This document shows, in pieces, positions 23,602 to 35,897 of a DNA stretch of 64,000 nt; position 1 is the first letter of the stretch; each line of letters starts with the position of its first letter. This DNA comes from Podarcis muralis (Eukaryota). Position numbers and translations under genes: made by a program. The notes under the pieces were generated by a model. That model was given only the letters and a program-made list of their open reading frames with translations. It had not been told where the DNA came from and did no database searches. The stretch lies in assembly GCF_964188315.1 (NCBI RefSeq), contig NC_135673.1, positions 18,538,001 through 18,602,000 of the forward strand, given 5' to 3'.

Positions 23602-23625
23602 TAACTCTCTGCGGTCTCATTGCAG

Positions 23626-23707
23626 GCATCCAGTGTTCCCAGGCTTCGGAGTCCTGCTTGAATGGAGGAAGGTGTGAAACCTACCCCAATGGAACAGGGG
23701 TTTGCCG
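23626..23707 (+). CDS. NOTCH1: NOTCH1 exon 2, EGF1 (G)IQCSQASESCLNGGRCETYPNGTGVC(R)
   Basis: Acceptor TTGCAG at 23620-23625, donor CG|GTAAGT; phases fit exons 1 and 3; EGF cysteine spacing and NGT sequon. Not in the ORF track (found by manual translation). Confidence 0.95.
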
Positions 23708-23751
23708 GTAAGTGCGAAATTATATGCAGTGGAGGTGTGACTTCTGGTTTA

Positions 23752-24092
23752 CATCCTCAGACCTGGGGGCCAGATGTGGCCCTCAAGGCCTCTCTGTCTG
23801 GCCCTTCCATCCTCTTTTAGCGGACTCTCCCCAGGCAACACACACCCTGCTTCGCATCCCAATTTTTTTTGGGTGGCTTGGAATATGTCCTTGAATTCTG
23901 AGGATACCCTCTGCTTGTCTGGATGGAGAGGAGTGTGTAAAAACAAGAACAAACAACCCTTAACCTACTTACAAAGGTATAACTTAAAGTGGTTGTCTTA
24001 CTCACTTTTGGCCCCACCTACCACTGGCAGTATGGCCCTTGGGCAGTTGCCCAGAAGGCAGTGTGGCCCTTGGGCTGAAACAGATTCCCTAC
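23752..24092. mobile_element. hAT-type non-autonomous element
   Basis: GGGGCCAGATGTGGCCCTCAAGGCCTCTCT start and GTGGCCC repeats near the end. Confidence 0.55.
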
Positions 24093-24581
24093 CTGTTTTG
24101 TTTTTTAAAAAACATACATGGACTGATGGAAACTAATCTGTAACCTGGTTCTGATAGGCAGAAAAGGGCTCCAGATTTTAATAGGACACCTTACATTTTG
24201 AGTTTGAAGTCCAGGATTACAATATGGCTTCCAGAAGGTGTCAGCTAGTTGGATATTACATTGGGGTGTGCCTATTAAGAGGGAGACAACTTTTAGTCTC
24301 CACATGTGATAGATGTGACGCTGGGAGCCAACAATTTCCTGCTATCGCTCCCAATCCCCATCCCCACTAAGAGTTTGGGGATGCGCATATTCTATTAACT
24401 GCTGCAAACACAGGCATATGTGTGTCTGTGTGATATGAAATGATGCTGTGCGGATGGGAGTTTGCAGTCTGTATCCTTGGGAGCTGAACCTGGGCTCAAG
24501 GTGCAGTTCCATCTGTGGAGTTGCCAAAGTAGTTTCAACACAGCAGCATGCATCTAAGAGCGATCGTGAGGATAACACACA

Positions 24582-24621
<40 letters not shown>

Positions 24622-24939
24622 CCCTCCCCTTTAATTCATGCTGAACTTTGTGGAAGGGGAAGAAGGGGGATGATTGCAATTTAACTGAGCAACCCTAAAT
24701 TATCCATGTCAATTGATCTGTAATTGTGTATGGCCCTAATGAGTGTATGTTGTACTTGTCCTCTGTGCTGGGGATTAGAGATAACTGGGGTTGAGGGACA
24801 GAGCCTCTTCCAAGTGGGAATAGCCAGCCCTTGTCTAGATTTAGGATGATGAGCATAAGAAACTGCCTTGTGCTTTTAAACCGCTGAGAGTTTTTGCTAC
24901 TATCAAGCAGTATGTGTGTTTCGTTTAAATAAATAAATA

Positions 24940-25090
24940 AATAAAAAATACTAAGTCAGGCCATTAGTTAATCTGGACCAGTGTTGTCTGCAGTGGCTGG
25001 CAGCAGCTCTCCAGGGTTCCGGGATCAGGGGTCTGTCTTTCTCAGCCCTGCCTGGAGATGCTGCTTTGGACCTTCTGCATGCAAAGCAGC
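24940..25090 (-). mobile_element. tRNA-Ala SINE
   Basis: GGACCTTCTGCATGCAAAGCAG head plus family body; followed by a CR1 3' UTR piece (25140-25300, +). Confidence 0.65.
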
Positions 25091-27291
25091 CCCCCCCCCC
25101 CAAGTACTCCTAATGTTTCTGAAGAAAGAGATGTCAGAAGCACCAAGCCTCTGAATACTAGTTGCTGGGAATCACAGGAGGAGAGAGTTCCTGTTGAGCT
25201 CAGGTACCTCTTGCAGGTTGCTTGCCATCGGAGCACTGTTGCGAACAGGATGCTGGACTAAATGGGGACTCCTTTTGACCCATTCCAGGACGCTTGCCTT
25301 ATGTTTCTGTGAATTAAGTATGGAAATAAGCAGCTGCCTTATATGCAGTCAGACCATGGATATTGTCTGCACTGGCTGGCAGTGACACTCCAGGTTTTCA
25401 GGCAGGGATTTCCCCCCAGTTGCACTTGGAAATGCCAGCAGCTTTATTGCAGTGCCCCCAAGTTCCCTACAGTGAGGAAAGTTTAAGAGCCTTTGAGCTT
25501 CTCATGGGCTTCCCCAAGTGATGGCTGCAGGGAACAAGTTGCCCACCAATTAATGTGGGGGGGACGACCCAGCATCTCCTCCACCTCTGCTCTCTTTTCT
25601 TAACCCTTCTATAAAAGAAAAGCAAAAGGCAGCAGCCTTTCCGCCCCTCCTGTCCCCAAATGCATGTAGCCTCAGGATATGTTCAGTGGAATCCGCTGCC
25701 TGCAAGAGTCCTGGAACAGAATTTGATTGAGAGCTGGATATGTTGAGATTGCTTGTTTTGGTGTGTGTTTTTTTAACTCCACCTGTTGGAAGCAAATGTG
25801 AAGGCTCTTTTAAAAAGGGGGGGGTGCGTCTCTCTAAGGAAGAGAGCATTCCTAATCCCAACTGTTGAATGGCAGACTTTTTCGGTGCAGTTGGGAATTG
25901 AGGGTGGGGGATGGAAAGCCTGCACCTCTCTGTCCCTTGTCTGCTCCACTTCTTTAATTTTGCCCCCACATTTGGCGTCTTCTGTTTGCTCCGGGGATGA
26001 TGGGCGGGAGAGGGGGGGACAGGGGGAGAGAGAAGAGAACCCTTCAGCAAATTAATCGGGCACATGAGCAATTTAAGGGACAAAGGCTGGGCGCCTTTGT
26101 GAGCCGCTAATGAATGCGCACCGCACAGTCCCCCCCCCCCCTTCTGCAGAAGCTGTAAGGACGCTTGACGCTCTAAATCTTGTTTTCTTTCATTCAGGGA
26201 GTGACAGCTGGGATTCGGTCGAAATTCAGCAGCTATTGTTGCGGGAGGCAGATTAATGCTATGTGACTAATCGCGGAGGGCTTCCCAGAATGCATAACTG
26301 ACTCCTCTTCCCCACCTCCTGTACCCTCACCCACCCCCCATTCTCACTCTCTCTTCTCTGGGTGTCCCCCCTCCCCCAATTTCTCTCTTTGGCTATTCTG
26401 CCCCCCTTACTATTTCTTCCTCCAAAAAAGAAGCCTTCTTGTATTCCCCTTGATTTACATTGGATGTACAGATGGCAGGGGAATCTAATTAGGCCTGAGG
26501 CGTGTGAGCTGTGGCCGGGGTGCGGGGGGGGGGGGGGGCGTGCGGCGTTCAGAGGACTTCCCACTTGTAGAATGAGCAAAGGATGACAGTGGGAGAACGC
26601 AGCCATGAATTTCCTCCTGGTGTCTCAAGCCAGCCTAGAAACCTCTGGTCATGTCATATATATATCAATATTTGGACGGCTTCCAGTGGTCATCACCATT
26701 GAAAGGGCCAAGCAGCGATGTGGAATGGAACCTTTTTTTCCTGTTTCATAAAATTTGCTAGCAGTGATCACAAATGGAAGCAAGCCTTCAGGAGCAATAT
26801 TGCTAGGCAACCTTCAGCAAGTTTGAAAGTTTCCAACTTTTTATTTTTTTCAACTAAATATGAAAGTAAACAAGTAAGCATGCTGCATTAGATGGTGCAC
26901 TCTCTCTGTCTTGGGTATCAGAACATTTTTCAGTTGCAACCTGAGCAAAAATGTTCTGATAAAAATCAAGCTTAAGATTTGCCTAGAGAAAATGTTTTCC
27001 CGTTCAAGGTTTTCTGGGGAAAGGTCTGCAGCCCTGAGGGCTGATATATTTGCATGGCTGCCCATCCAAGCCTGGCTGTGTATAGTTGGACAAATGCAAA
27101 TGGCATTGTTATATACAGTTTATTTATTTTATAGCATTTGCAAACTGCTTTTCGACCACTGAGCCTGCCAAAGTGGGTTATATACCATCAGTTAAAATAA
27201 GACATTAAATCCTTTGGCAGGATTTCTAAGGTGCTGTTGTCCTGGACCACAATCTCTTGATAGGTGAGTGGGGGGAGGGACCTTTCAGCTT

Positions 27292-27385
27292 CCAGATGTT
27301 GCTGAGCTACAACTCCCATCCTTCTCCCTGCCACATTGGCCACACTCTCTGGAGCTGGTGGGAGTTGTAGTTCAGCAAAATCTGG
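27292..27385. mobile_element. Palindromic MITE core
   Basis: 29-bp arms CCAGATGTTGCTGAGCTACAACTCCCATC / GGTGGGAGTTGTAGTTCAGCAAAATCTGG (3 mismatches); related pieces at about 16590, 45960 and 57490. Confidence 0.7.
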
Positions 27386-29979
27386 AGGGCCAAATACTCC
27401 CCCACATCAGCCCTGCAAGGAGGACCAAAATCTAGGAAGCAACATGTGCCAGAGTTGCCTCCTCTTCTGCTCTTTCTATGCATGAGCACTGACTGTCTTC
27501 TGCATGCCAGACAGCTGCTCTTACCACTGAGCCAGGGCCCTACCCTTCCAAGATGTTTCTGTTACACTGTATTTTGTAGACAGTGTAGGAACTTGGATGA
27601 TGTTTTCAAGGCAGTAGCAGGAATTGAAACTGTGATCTGCTGAAGCGTTTTGAGAAGAGAATCATGTCTCAGTGGCCGCAGTGCGCAGGAGGTCTCCTCA
27701 ACTTGAGAATCTTGTTTCCAACTTCAAAAGGCAAATCAAAACTCTCCTGGCTGCATTTGGTAAATAGGAATCACATCCAGGTGAACTTTTTTATATACTG
27801 TAACGTTTGCAAAACAATTCTAGATAACAGTGGAAGCTGCTTTGTAGATAAGACCTTTCCAAAAAATGGGGTAAAAATAAATAAATAAAAATTTATGAAA
27901 GTTAATTTTAGCCACACTATTTTGTTCTTACAAGATTATATGCCCATAGAAAGAAAATAGCCAACTTTTTACAATAAATAAATGGAATAATAGTCCCAGC
28001 CCACCTGCTTAGAACGAAGTTTTTCCCTTGCATGTGATGATCTGTGTTCCGTCATCCTTGCAAAAATAGCGAGAAAAGCACATAGAAACCAGAAAGCAAA
28101 ACTATCTATCTATCTAGATATATAATATGATAAAAACAAAATGAGTGCTTGGAGGTGGCAGGGCTGGTCTTGTGCCAACAAGCACTGATGGTAGCTTCAG
28201 CTTTTTTCCTGCAGAGTCCTGTGGCTTTGGGGTGGAAAGTGCTAACTGCAGCTTTGCGGAGGAAAACATTGAGCCCTCCACTTGGGCTAAATGCTCTTTC
28301 CCAGATCAGATGAAACGGTTTCTGTAGAGATCATGTAGCTGTTGTAGGTACCAATTAGACCTTGGCATCTCTGTCTCTCAGGCTGGCATCCCCACCACAG
28401 ATGAAAAGGGACTTGCTTATTTATTTATTTGTCTTGGGATTGTGGTGACGCGGCTTGCCACTTTCCCAGGAACTCCCTCAACCCGCTGGCTTAGTTAGAA
28501 GCAGATGGTGCTGTTGGGGGTGGGGAGGGTCTGGATCAGTGATTGGGTAAAAGGATGCGCTCATAAACTGGCCCAGAGTTGGGCTGGCTTATGTGTGCAG
28601 CTCTGGAACCCAGGTGATGTGAACATATTTGCCATTGGCCTTGCATGGCAATGGCATTCCCATTTTGGCTGACAGGAGGTTTCTCTCCTGCTGCCACAGT
28701 TGTCTGGGCCACAGTGAAAGTCAGGTGGACAAGCAGTGTGGAAGCGGATGGGGGGGCTTTTTCCAGTGGTCATCCTTCTAGGTGTGGCCCCTTGGTAGTT
28801 GCCCAGCTTGGCCAAACCTTGGTTCCAGCAATTTGATCTTATGCCTATGTTGGGAATGTGATACCACTTGAGCCGCAAGAGGAGCAGGGTGGCCTAGCTG
28901 AGGGGGCCATTTTCGCAGAAGGCCAAGGCATGTCCACTCTATGAAGAGAACAGCTTTTTAGATAGCTGGCCCTGTTGGCTACTGGAAATGAATGGAGGCC
29001 AGGTGATTGGGTGATGATTTGCACCTCAAGGCATCATTTTCAGAAGTGGCAGCTGCCTAGAAATTAGATTCTGATGTTTGAAACTGATTCTTCATTCTCG
29101 TGAGGGGGGATAAAGTTGTGAGGTGCCGCTTCTTGTTGTTTCCAACCCCACCAGCCGGGCAACTGCCTCTGCCTCCCAAGCCTCCAACCATGGAAGGTTC
29201 AAAATGGGTGCCAGCAGCAGAGGACAGTATGTCTGACATGGGATAGCTATTCTCTGCCTCCACAGTTTGAAGCAGAAATGGTTCTGAATACCAGTTGTTG
29301 GTGACTGCAGGAGGGGAGAGCACAGCTATTGCACTTGGATCCTGTTTTTGGGCTTCCTATTGGGGGCATCTGGCTGGCCAATGTGAATAAAGGATACTGG
29401 ACTGGATGGGCTCCCTTGGCCCAATCAAGCAGGCCCTTCTTAGGTTCTTAGCTTTTTGCAGGGGTTGCTTAACACTCATGGGTGTTGCAGAGAAAACCAT
29501 ACCAGACGAGGAGAGTAAGTAAAGGACCTTGCATGGAAAGCTTCTTATGGTGAGGAGTCCAAAGCCCCTTCTGGTATTGGGTTTCTTCCCATCCAGCCCT
29601 GGGGTTATTTAACGCCATTGTTTAATGCTGTGAGAGGTGGAAGTTTTTCTGCCTGAGTTTTTTCCTCCCGTTTTAAGCTGCTGTTAATTCCATCAAATAA
29701 CAGCAATGTGGGGGATGGGGTGGGCAAGAGAGAGAATAGGGACTCTCAGTGGGCAGGAAAAGGATGTGGTGTTAAAATAGCCAGAGGAAGTCCATAAAGG
29801 AACAGGGAATAGTCTTACTGGAACTGGAACTGTTACAGGTCGCACATAACACTCATTCCCATTTTTAAGAAATCAGATCTTTTAATGTGGTGGTACCTGC
29901 CTTTCAGAACTCCTTGCCTGCTGATGTCAGGCCAGCCCCTTTGCTGTACACCTGTTAGAAACATTTTTGTTTAGGATTT

Positions 29980-30270
29980 TTTTAAAGTTTCACATAGCAT
30001 TTTTCAAAAGTAAAATGCTTACGCTTGTGGAAAAAACCTCAAAGTGATTTACAAAAAGAATAAAATTATCAGTTAAAACAGTTAAAAATAACTGTTAAAA
30101 TATATTTTTTTTAAGTAAGATCAGCAATAAACTAAAAACTGGATTAAAACACACATCAGCCATTCTACATATTGGCATAGGACTTGCCTAAACAAAAATG
30201 TTTTTAGCAAGTGCCAAAAAGGGTACAGTGAAGGCACCTGCTTGATTCCAACAAGCAGGGAATTTCAAAG
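29980..30270 (-). mobile_element. L2-like LINE 3' fragment
   Basis: Homologous to 4860-5300 and 63350-63665 (CTAAACAAAAATGTTTTTA...GGCAGGGA). Confidence 0.6.
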
Positions 30271-32734
30271 TTTTCAATTGTTTTAACTGATGATTTCATT
30301 GCTTCATATATATATATTGTAAACCCCTTTGAGGTTTGTTTGCCTTTTTTACCATCCATAAGTCTATGAATGTTATGCAATAAATAATAATTTTTAAAAT
30401 ACAGACAATAAGTGAAACCTAATTTGGCTGCCATTCTTTGTTGACAATGGTGCCTCCTTTGCTTGAGACAGGGTGATCTTTTGCTTCAACCCAGGACTGA
30501 ACTACAAGCACAGCCATTTCCTTTGCAGCTTCCTCTTTTCTGTGGCTCTGTAAACTTAAATGGGCATTTCTGGTTTTGCAGAGAGAGATGAAATGCATTT
30601 GTGGCTCTGCTGAGAGCAGCCCATGACACAGAACAAAAAAGCAGTTTGGTGCTAAAGGACTGGCTTCCGGTATCGTGGGCCTGTGTTCATTATTATAAAG
30701 AGACGGCAAGTGGAAGGAAACAAACACACCCCTTCCCTAAATTCTATTCCTCAGTTGGGCATGCAGCCCTGCCTTGCATTGGGCTGGTTTCTCTTCCCCC
30801 AAACTTGCAAGGTCTAAAGTTAAACCAAGATTTCATGAAGATTGGATTATACCAATTCATGGAGGACTTTTGAGGGCAACCGGCCATGATGGCTATGCTC
30901 TGCCCTCCATGTTTTGAAGCCACAATGCTTCCAAATACCAGTTGCTGGAAACCACAGGAAGGGGGGGGAGTGTGGGGCTGTTGTGTGAGTATGTGTGGGG
31001 CTGGCCCAAGATCACCCTGTGAGGATTGTGGCTGAGCTGAGATTCGAACCCAGGGGCCTCCCCACTGCTAGTCCGACATACTTAAGTATTACACCGCTCT
31101 GTCTCTCTTGCTTATCTCAGTCAGGGGACAGTCCAGCTGCATTGTATAAAGTGTTGGGTTTGGCATAGAAACATTGCAAGCACACACACACACACACACA
31201 CACAAGCTCTGGCAGCATCTTGTGGCCTCTGTGCTTTGCAGCAGGGAGTGTGAAATTTTGGTCCCTGTCTTAATTCCAAAAGAATTGACACCTCTTTGAG
31301 GTTCTGACAGCCTTTTGGCTCCTTTCCTAGGTTGGGCGCTATTTGGAAGTGGGATTGGGAGAGAAATCTGCTTCATAGCCTTGTCGCCTTTTGCTGCTGG
31401 CAGTCTTTGGATGCTGGGCATGTGCAGCTGTCCTTGGAGTGACCTGGAACCGGGCAGGGATCTGGTAGAACAACCCTAAGTCTATCCTGTGGGGGTGTTT
31501 TGCCTAAGGGGAGATGGCCTGTGCCCACTAAACTCAGAACTCTGGTCCTCTGACGCTGAACCCCCAGTAGCATTCTGACCACACTGACTCAGGAGGCGCT
31601 TTTAGGAAGCTAGACTTGGGGAGTGGGGAACCTGCACACTGACACACCTACAACGTCCACAGTTTCGTAAGATGCCTTCTAGCAAGCCAGACCTTTGGCC
31701 TATCTAGCTCAGTACAGTATTGCCTACACTGGCTGCCAGTGGCTCTCCACATGCTTCTCCCAAGGCTTCCCCTCTTCATCTTCTGCGCTCCCATCAGATT
31801 CCTGGCCCACACTGAATAGAATGGCACTTCCTAAGTGGGGTGGGGGGAGTCCCTGGACCTGCCGGCTATCTTGCAGGAATTTTAGATTGAGAGCGCCTGG
31901 GGGGAACTTCCAAAGGCTGCATTCCACATCCCTCTTATCCATGGGAAGGAGGACAGAGTTGACTTATTCAAAGGCTGGGGCAATAACTCATACTGATGAG
32001 GCAGTGCCCCCCTCATCCCCTCCCAAGAAATGAGTGCAGTTTACTTTGCAATGTCAACAGCTCAGATTCAGTACAGCTCAGTGGTTCCCTTTTCTTTTTC
32101 CAGGCTACTGGTTTCATAAACTCATCTGGCATGCACCATACCCTATCTTATAATAAGCATTAATCAGAACAGCAGTTTACATGATAATTTTGTTGGCATT
32201 GGCTTAGGGGTGTGCCTTTGGGGATGAAGTCAAAACTGTGGAAAGGTTACAGTGCCTGCTATAGCTGTAGAGACAAAATGGTAAGAATTAATTTCACATT
32301 TATTCCAAGTCTGATAGGCATTTACACCTCCAGTGCCTCACTGTCACCCCTTGCCTCTTAGTACCACCCCCCCAGGGAATCCCACCTCCCTGTTTGTGTC
32401 TTGGTCTGATGAGTGTTTTGCACTGATTCCTTGTTCTGCCTCTGCTTCTCTTTATCTCCACCCCCCCCCCACCCCATGTCTGAAGTTATTCAAGGGTAGA
32501 GTTCATCAAAGTTGAAAGCAATTAACTTCCTGGGTCTGGGTTGCCGTACCTTTTTAGTGGAATGACCAAGCAAGGTTTCAAGGAAGAAGGATTGATGGTG
32601 AGCAGTTGCAATTTAACAGAGAAGTTTCACGCTTGGCTTACCTGCAAGAGTTTACAGGCACGTAAACCAGTGCCTTCTTTAACAAGTTTTTTCCTCTTTG
32701 CATGCTCCTTGGACCTGTATATCTCTACCCTACG

Positions 32735-32769
<35 letters not shown>

Positions 32770-35659
32770 TTATTCAGGTGGCATTTATATGTCTAGAAAG
32801 CCGATTTGTACCTTTTACAAATTATGCCAAAACTGCATCCTCATCTCTCTCCCTTTCTGGGAATCACAGCTAAGCCAGTCACTTGAGGTGCTCTGGCAAG
32901 AAAATGCGAGCCCTTCATAGCTTGGGGGCCTGGATGGAACTGGCCGTTCGTTCCTCTTTGCTCCAGACACACAGCTGGTCACGAGAGTCTGGTGCAACAA
33001 GTAGAAACACGAGAGGGGGGGGGGTTGGCTTTAATTTCTGACTGTACTCTTTTTGAACACTGGGCTCATCCAGACTTCAACTTTCCCCGCCGCTTTCTCC
33101 TGGGGAAATCCAATCTTTAGCACTGAATTGAAGCAAACAGCAACTGGGTTTTCCCCAACTTAAAGCTAAAGAGCAAGTTTTCCATAGGAGCGGAGCGAAA
33201 CCACTTGGACCCATAGCCAGAAAGCTTGGGTCAAGTGGAAAACTGCTTGGACCCGTGCTTTCTAGGTACAGAACAAGCAGAGCCCATGGTAAAGAAATAG
33301 GTGGGAAAGCAGGAAGGTATCTTCCTTGTCCTGGCTTCAGTCTGTATCTTGCAGAAATGTTGTTTGGAGATGTGTTAGGTCTGATTGGATAGAGCGGAAG
33401 AGAGACCCCTTGACACTTGTTGTGGCCTGGAAGAATTGATTGCCCAGAGGAAGCTGGCAGGGAGAGTTCAGAAACCGCCCCCTGCCCCCCATCCAGCTGC
33501 CTCCTCCTCTTCAGAGTCAAAGGGCAGAGGGGTGACAGACTGCTTTTCCGCACAGTGCCTGTTGTTCACCATGAAAGGTGGGTTTCCAAGAGACCCCATG
33601 GAAGAATGGCAGGAGGGCCAAGGCTCCCCTCATTGTCTAGAGTCTGTCAATAAGGCCTCATGTTGACACATGGGCTTCGCTGACTGAATCTTGGTCTGAG
33701 GAGCCGCTGACAGTATGCTCCCAAGCCCAGCAGAGAGGATTTCTTTGCTCTGCAAAGTCTGCTTGTTTGCTTTAGGAAGTGGCAATTGTTTTCCCCGTCT
33801 TGCCCACCAAACACAACCAGAAGCTTCTCTTATAATAGTGCTTGAGGAAAAAACAGACAACAACACTTGTTAGCACCCACCTTGTTTTTATAACTTGTTG
33901 TAAGCGGCTTTCAATGTTGTCACTTGTCCTGGAACCTTAGGGTGAAGGATAGGTAATAAACAACAAAAACACAAAACAAAAACCATGTTCATTTCTAGTG
34001 GTTTGCTTTTATACTTATGACTGTCCGCAGTTCTCTACTTAACCCCCTTGCAAATGTTCTCTCAGTTGATTGGTATGCCATCTGACTCATCTGCTGATGA
34101 AAGATTGTGCAGTTTTTTTGTTTTTGGTGACAGCAACTGTTAGGAAATAGTTAGTTTGGTTTTGATGTCAGTTCTTGGGCCACATGTTAATAGTTGGGGG
34201 GGGGTGTGGTCTTGTCTCAAAAACAGAACCATCCCTCCATCAATGCTCCACAGCACCAGGAAGCAGCCTGAGATGGGGCCACATTTCTTAACACTCCCCT
34301 CCCCCTCCTTTAAATCCCCCCACCTTGCTCTTCCCTTTCAGAAAGTCTAGACCAGCTAGCCCAGATACAATTGCTCTAGCTATTGCCCTACAGCAGTGCA
34401 AAATTAAATCCATCAGACATCCAGATCCAAGTTTATTAAAACACTCCAGGATGCCATTGGGGGGGGGGACACAATTAAGCAGTGGCAAAATGCAAGGTGC
34501 AAGTTATGAATGGCAGACAGTGGTTGTTTTTTTATAAAAAAAAAACCTGCCTCTTTGGTTGTGTTTGCGGTCCCCCCCCCCCCACAAAAAACCCACCATT
34601 CTTAATTAAAAACAAATTGCAGACAGAATTGCGAACTTTTATCATCATCAACAACAAAAACCCATGTCTACCATTTATGGTGAAAGTTTGGGAGTGTTTC
34701 TTTTCCAATTTGTTTTTCTTCCTCCATCCCAAGTGGGGCAGGGAGGGATGTATGGAATAAATCCTCAGTGGTGTTATGTAGGCAAATGTCACCCAAGTTT
34801 TTTTTTAAGTTTTTTTTTTAAGAATTGGGAGTCCCTATTGTAATGAAAAGATAGTACAGTCCACACTGATAAAAGGAGTGTGGGGGGAGAATCACAGTTT
34901 GTGTCTGTCTCTGAATGGGGCGGGGGGTTGGGGTTGGAAGAGAGGAACTGCTTTTGAATGAAGCATCTACAAGGTTCCATTCACAGCAGAAATACTCCTT
35001 TGCCAACTGAAGGGATTATGAATGATCATTTGCATCCACCCCCTTTTCTTTCTTTCTTTAAAAAAAAAAATCTAAGAAGAATCTCTTGTCTTCAAGTCTT
35101 TGAATATTAACCCTGTATATGCAAGTCTCTGAATGCCTTTGGGCATAATTTTCAATCCTGTGAATTACAGCTTGCTTTTTTCCTTTTCAAATGAAATTTT
35201 GAGGTCTCAAGAAATGATCTGAGAATGTGGGGTGAAAACCACACCTAGCATAGGCTCAGAAAGCGGAGGGCACGGTTGTGCAGGGTTCTGAGCTGTTGCT
35301 CTGTAATGGGTACAAGGTGACTTCTAGCCAACTCATGGCCTTTTCCACATCTAGCTTTTCTCCCTCTCTTCTAACACTGGAACTCGTGGACCTCTAATCA
35401 AGCTGATGTTTTTGGGAGATTCAGGATGCATAAAAGGAAGTACTTCTTCATGCAGCACAGAATTTTAACTACAGAACTCTCTCCTACAAGAGGCAGTTAT
35501 GGCCACCAACTTGGATGGCTTTAAGAGACGTTGACAATATGCACAGTCCATATGCAATTACAGATCACTATTGAACAAAAACCAGACATAAAACAAATAA
35601 AAATAAACCACAAGCATACGAATGTGTGGAATGTAGCAACTGGATCTATTCATGGCATA

Positions 35660-35897
35660 CATACCTTGGTTCTTGAACGCCTTGGTACTTGTACGTTTTG
35701 GCTCCCGAATGCCGAAAACCTGGAAGTAAGTGTTCCGATTTGCAAATGTTTTTCGGAAGCCAAATATCCGACACTGCCTCTGTTTGAGTGCAGGAAGTTC
35801 CTGCAGCCAATCAGAATCTGTGGCTGGGTTTTCAAATGGTTTTGAGAGTTGAACGGACTTCCGGAACGGATTAAGTTCAAGAACCAAGGTTCCACTG
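35660..35897. mobile_element. Tc1/mariner-type MITE (second family)
   Basis: TACCTTGGTTCTTGAAC / GTTCAAGAACCAAGGTTCCACTG-TA inverted ends. Confidence 0.8.

Noticed and set aside
26522-26538. Long G/C homopolymers (also 9708, 25090, 26130, 34570) as functional G4s
   Set aside because: Homopolymer length is assembly-error prone and such runs are common here; no further support.
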